52,298 nt of DNA. Origin: Bacteroidales bacterium (GTDB lineage: Bacteria; Bacteroidota; Bacteroidia; Bacteroidales; UBA7960). The stretch covers positions 1 through 52,298 of the forward strand of contig PUOJ01000050.1 of the NCBI GenBank assembly GCA_003552075.1, given 5' to 3'. The first letter of the stretch is position 1. The number at the start of each line of letters is the position of its first letter. Below the pieces are notes generated by a model, which saw only the letters and a list, made by a program, of their open reading frames with translations, had not been told where the DNA came from and made no database searches. Made by a program: the position numbers and the translations under genes. This document shows positions 48,407 through 52,298 of this stretch, in pieces.

Positions 48407-48814
48407 ATGACTATTATCAGATGGCATAAGCGTCCCCTGATGGACAACAGGTTTGAAAGGGATTTTGACACCGGCTTTGAAAGAAGCTGCGGTTGCGTTC
48501 CCGCCACCAACATCCTGGAAAACGAGCAGGCATTTGACATTCAGCTGGCTGTTCCGGGCATGAACAAAGAGGACTTCAAGATGGAGATGGAAGAGAACAT
48601 CCTGACGGTTACCTTTGAAAAGAAGGAAGAAGAAAAGCCTGCGGGCGAATATTTGCGCCGTGAGTTTGAGTTGGATGATTTCACCCGCTCCTTCTCCATC
48701 CCCAAAACTGCTGATGCAGAAAATATCAGGGCAAAATACGACAATGGAATCCTGCACATCACCGTGCCCAAGATCGACAAGGCAAGGTTGAGCAAGCAGA
48801 TCAAGGTTTCCTAA
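48407..48814 (+). CDS. Hsp20/alpha-crystallin small heat-shock protein
   Basis: PATNILE, AVPGMNKEDF, FTRSFSIP and AKYDNGILHITVPK. Confidence 0.95.
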   Translation: MTIIRWHKRPLMDNRFERDFDTGFERSCGCVPATNILENEQAFDIQLAVPGMNKEDFKMEMEENILTVTFEKKEEEKPAGEYLRREFELDDFTRSFSIPKTADAENIRAKYDNGILHITVPKIDKARLSKQIKVS

Positions 48815-48885
48815 AGGCAAAGGTCCGCCAGCGCATCATCACGCACAAAGGACGTGTCCTTCCAGATTAACCAACACAGGGTGTC

Positions 48886-50166
48886 TCAATTTTGAGGCGC
48901 CCTTTTTTTATAATATGCTTTATACCAGTCGACAAAGGCTTCAATGCCTTTTTGCACCGGGGTGCCGGGTTTATGTCCGGTGGTGTCTTCGAGGGCTTTG
49001 GTATCAGCCCAGGTGGCTGGCACGTCTCCTGGCTGCATGGGCATCATGTTCTTTGACGCGGTTTTGCCCAGGGCGTTTTCGAGTGCTTCTATGAAGTCCA
49101 TCAGTTTCACCGGGTTGCCATTGCCTATGTTGTACACGCAATGGGGCACATTGCTGGTTCCCGGGTCGGGCACTTTCCCATCCCACTGGGGGTTCGGCCT
49201 TGCAGGGTGTTCCGTCACCCTGATGACGCCTTCGACAATATCATCCACGTAAGTGAAATCCCGCATCATGTGGCCATTGTTAAAGACCTGTATGGGTTGA
49301 CCTTCCAGGATGGCTTTTGTAAAGAGGAACAGGGCCATGTCGGGGCGCCCCCAGGGGCCGTAAACGGTAAAAAAGCGCAACCCGGTGGCGGGGATGTCAA
49401 AAAGGTGGCTATAGGTATGTGCCATCAGCTCATTGCTTTTCTTGCTGGCGGCATATAGCGACACGGGATGGTCCACGTTGTCGTTTACGGAAAAGGGCAT
49501 GTCGGTGTTCTTGCCGTAAACAGAGCTGGAGGAGGCGTACACCAGGTGCTTTACGGGATGCGCCCTGCAGGCTTCAAGGATGTTGAGGAAGCCGGTGATG
49601 TTGGCATCCACGTAAGCCTGCGGGTGGGTCAGCGAATAGCGCACACCGGCCTGTGCGGCCAGGTGGATCACGTAGTCGAAGCGCTCTTCGGCAAACAATG
49701 CCATCAGGGCGTCCCGGTCGGCCAAGTCCAGCTTATGGAAGGTGTAAGGCTTGTTGGGATGCGAGGCCCGGGGGTGATGGCGAGGTGCCAGTTTGGCACC
49801 GTGTGGCTCTTCCGCTTGTGGGCTTGCGTTTTCCGGACCTGTGGCACTGTGCGATTGCGTGTGCGGCTTATGTGTTGGGTGTGGCGTTGGCTGCGGATTC
49901 CTTTGTGTATGCGGGCTTGTGCCTGGTGCTGCGTGTCTTTCTGTTGGATGTGGGTCTTCGGATGGTTCCGCGCGCTCTTGCTGCGGATTTTCTTCCACGG
50001 CGGAAGGGTCTATCCCGGCCTGCCTGAGGCGGTCGTATTTCAGGCGGACATCGTAATAGTCGTTGATACTGTCCAGGCCCACAACCTGGTAACCCCTGTC
50101 AAGCATGGCATTGGCGACATGAAACCCAATAAATCCGGCCGTTCCGGTGATGAGAACTTTCTTCAT
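48886..50166 (-). CDS. NAD-dependent epimerase (UDP-glucuronate 4-epimerase-like) with a low-complexity insertion
   Basis: [25 protein letters not shown] and [15 protein letters not shown]. Confidence 0.92.
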   Translation of the reverse strand: MKKVLITGTAGFIGFHVANAMLDRGYQVVGLDSINDYYDVRLKYDRLRQAGIDPSAVEENPQQERAEPSEDPHPTERHAAPGTSPHTQRNPQPTPHPTHKPHTQSHSATGPENASPQAEEPHGAKLAPRHHPRASHPNKPYTFHKLDLADRDALMALFAEERFDYVIHLAAQAGVRYSLTHPQAYVDANITGFLNILEACRAHPVKHLVYASSSSVYGKNTDMPFSVNDNVDHPVSLYAASKKSNELMAHTYSHLFDIPATGLRFFTVYGPWGRPDMALFLFTKAILEGQPIQVFNNGHMMRDFTYVDDIVEGVIRVTEHPARPNPQWDGKVPDPGTSNVPHCVYNIGNGNPVKLMDFIEALENALGKTASKNMMPMQPGDVPATWADTKALEDTTGHKPGTPVQKGIEAFVDWYKAYYKKRAPQN

Positions 50167-50197
50167 GGGTGTGATTTATTTCTATATGTTCGTCTAT

Positions 50198-50261
50198 ATA
50201 CGGTCGAAAGGACAAAATAATAAAACGACAAAAGGTCGAAAAGTCAAAAGGTCGAAAAGTC
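50198..50261 (-). repeat. Octamer tandem array (GACYTTTY-like)x8
   Basis: Minus strand gacttttc gacctttt gacttttc gacctttt gtcgtttt attatttt gtcctttc gaccgtat, upstream of ATG 50166. Confidence 0.8.
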
Positions 50262-50565
50262 CGGGGATGCGGTGTTTTGTGCCTGTGCGAAGGAAAACCC
50301 TTTCCTCTGCAAACCCCCTGCGAAAACCTCTGCATTCTTCTGCGAGCAACATCCCCCAAAAACCCGCTTCGGGCAACTCCAGGTAGTCCAGGTGCTTTCC
50401 CCGCAAACTTCCAACCCAACGCTTCAAGCCCAGCTCGTCATCATTCCAAAAACCAGTGCAAACGCGAACCCAGTGATCCCTTAACCCAGCAACAGCCTGC
50501 TTTCATCCAGGCCATCATAAATGCCGCGGGCAACTTCAGCCACCCGACGGTCCAAGCGCTCTCCC

Positions 50566-51471
50566 CTACCGGCTTGCCATTCTGATTTGTTGTGCGATCT
50601 CCACGCTTGGGCGGGCGGCTTCCACGCGGAAACCCCGGCCGGCAAATATTTCCCGGTAGCTTTCAGTGTGCAGGTCGGTAAATCCGTCGCTAAATTCCAC
50701 TTCTTCCTTGTCCACGGTAATGCTGCGGTATGTTCTTTTACCTTGCTCAATGGCTTTTCGGGGCAAGTCTTTTTCATTGACACTCAGGAACCAGTTTACC
50801 TTTGCCTTTTCGAATTCCAGCAGGCCTTTGGCTTTTTCCGGCCGGCTTTCGTGCACCTCCAGGGCTTTCATGTCGCCGAACACCCAACTGAGCATATCAA
50901 AAAAGTGGATCCCGATATTGGTGGCCACCCCGCCGGATTTCTGCATGTCGCCTTTCCAAGAGAAGAAGTACCACCTCCCGCGTCCCGTAATATACTGAAG
51001 ATCAATGTCATATACTTTATCTGCAGGTCCTTCAGTGATTTTTTGCTTAAGTTTTTTGATGCTTGGATGCAGTCTTAGTTGCAGAATCGTATAGATATGC
51101 TTGCCTGACTCGGCTTCCAGTTCGCACAAGGATTCAAGGTTCCAGGGGTTTAGCACGATGGGTTTTTCGCAAATGGCGTGGGCATGGTTGCGCACGGCCA
51201 TCCGGATATGGGCGTCGTGCAAATAGTTTGGCGAACAGATGCTCACATAGTCGACGCTTCCTTTGCCTTGCCTATGCAGTTTATCGAGGTGGCGGTCAAA
51301 ACGTTCGGGTTCGGTAAAGAAGTCGGCATGTGGGAAGAAGCTGTCAATGATGCCCACGCCGTCATAGGGGTCAAGCGCACATACCAGTTCGTGGCCTGTG
51401 TCCTTGATGGCCCGCATATGTCTTGGTGCGATGTAGCCTGCTGCTCCGATCAGTGCAAAGTTTTTCTGCAT
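50566..51471 (-). CDS. wbpB: Gfo/Idh/MocA oxidoreductase, WbpB-like UDP-GlcNAcA 3-dehydrogenase
   Basis: FALIGAAGYIAPRH, ICSPNYLHDAH, CEKP, SGGVATNIGIHFFD and FSDGFTDLHT. Confidence 0.88.
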   Translation of the reverse strand: MQKNFALIGAAGYIAPRHMRAIKDTGHELVCALDPYDGVGIIDSFFPHADFFTEPERFDRHLDKLHRQGKGSVDYVSICSPNYLHDAHIRMAVRNHAHAICEKPIVLNPWNLESLCELEAESGKHIYTILQLRLHPSIKKLKQKITEGPADKVYDIDLQYITGRGRWYFFSWKGDMQKSGGVATNIGIHFFDMLSWVFGDMKALEVHESRPEKAKGLLEFEKAKVNWFLSVNEKDLPRKAIEQGKRTYRSITVDKEEVEFSDGFTDLHTESYREIFAGRGFRVEAARPSVEIAQQIRMASR

Positions 51472-52107
51472 ATTTCTATGGTATTATTCAGGGCTTGTTG
51501 TGTGTAAAAGGTGCCCATATAGGTCTGTTTATTCGTTGCACCTGCATAATTATTCATGCGCAAACCCCATCGCGCGAACAGATGGATCAATGAACTTGCG
51601 CCGTTTCTTTTTGCTTGACACCAAATGTCTTTTCTTCGCGGTGATTTACTGTTGGGACTTTACCCCCGGGGGTTCTGTGTGTAAAACTGCGTTGCAAAGC
51701 AAAAACCAGGGTGATAGCCAAGCACGTATGGTGGTGGACAGCCCGGTCTGCGAAATTTTTCATGCGCGTTTGCTGCCAGGTGCAAACCTGGATTTAATTG
51801 CTTAAACCCAAAGCCTTTGCTTTTTTCAATTGTTTGTTTGACAAAAAATTAAACGCATTAATCATGCTTAATGCCGGTGTCATATGTTTTTGACTACAAA
51901 GATAAAATAAAGCTGGACATGGGCGCATGGATGTTGGATTGCTCCTGCATCCTTTATTATCGTGAGGGTTACAACGCTTTTACATGAACAATTCGGTGAT
52001 GCATTGCTTCTGGGTGTTTTTCATCCCTGTTTGCTGGCCAATCAAGCGTGTAACTTGCCAGGCTCCATTGCTGGTAAGTGTGTAGTGAAGGCACTTTCTT
52101 TAGTTTA

Positions 52108-52298
52108 ACTTGGAAACCCACTGTCAAAGACGGTGGTAATGTTCTTTTTTGCTTTGCATTTACAATTCTTTGCTCATTTACTGGATAAGCGGCTGGTTGG
52201 AGCGGCTTGTGCGACACAGAAGGCTTTGCCTTCTGGCTTAGCAGTCCACCTTCTAAGAAGGTAGTCGTTTAATTTGACTTGGAAACCCACCGTCTTTG
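52108..52298. repeat. Two REP-like palindromic units, the second truncated by the window end
   Basis: ACTTGGAAAC-CCACTGTC-AAA-GACGGTGG (52108-52136) and ACTTGGAAAC-CCACCGTC-TTTG (52277-end). Confidence 0.6.

Noticed and set aside
49747-49995. Intein in the epimerase
   Set aside because: No N-terminal Cys/Ser block or C-terminal His-Asn plus nucleophile, and the sequence is low-complexity
52103-52298. CRISPR array suggested by GTTT...GGAAAC repeats
   Set aside because: Only two units 169 bp apart and no cas genes; a REP-like element explains it better

Overview
A 52 kb chromosomal window from a Bacteroidota bacterium, probably Bacteroidales. The evidence is a SusC/SusD pair, T9SS C-terminal domains, TAnnTTTG promoters and lipoprotein export signals. 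Most genes are housekeeping: glyQS, asd, comF, pfkA, priA, tsaB, radA, trpS, hflX, deoC, glnA, RND/TolC efflux parts, an ECF sigma/anti-sigma pair and two nucleotide-sugar genes. The main finding is an ~11 kb minus-strand cluster (34816-45556): iadA, susC, susD, a PKD/adhesin lipoprotein, a lipoprotein cyanophycinase, a YfcC transporter and a T9SS-secreted cyanophycinase-like enzyme. It has PUL architecture but no glycoside hydrolase and no cyanophycin synthetase, so it looks like a complete cyanophycin (multi-Arg-poly-Asp) scavenging system. Second is a surface lipoprotein with a six-Cys hydrophobic C-terminal tail after TKSGG, followed by a 60-aa membrane protein, a candidate bacteriocin/immunity pair (27793-28777). 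Also seen: a probable 6S-like ncRNA, tandem MITE-like palindromes, strand-biased heptamer and octamer arrays, candidate leaderless mRNAs and a Pro/His-rich insertion in an epimerase. All family calls come from motif recognition by eye; no searches were run.
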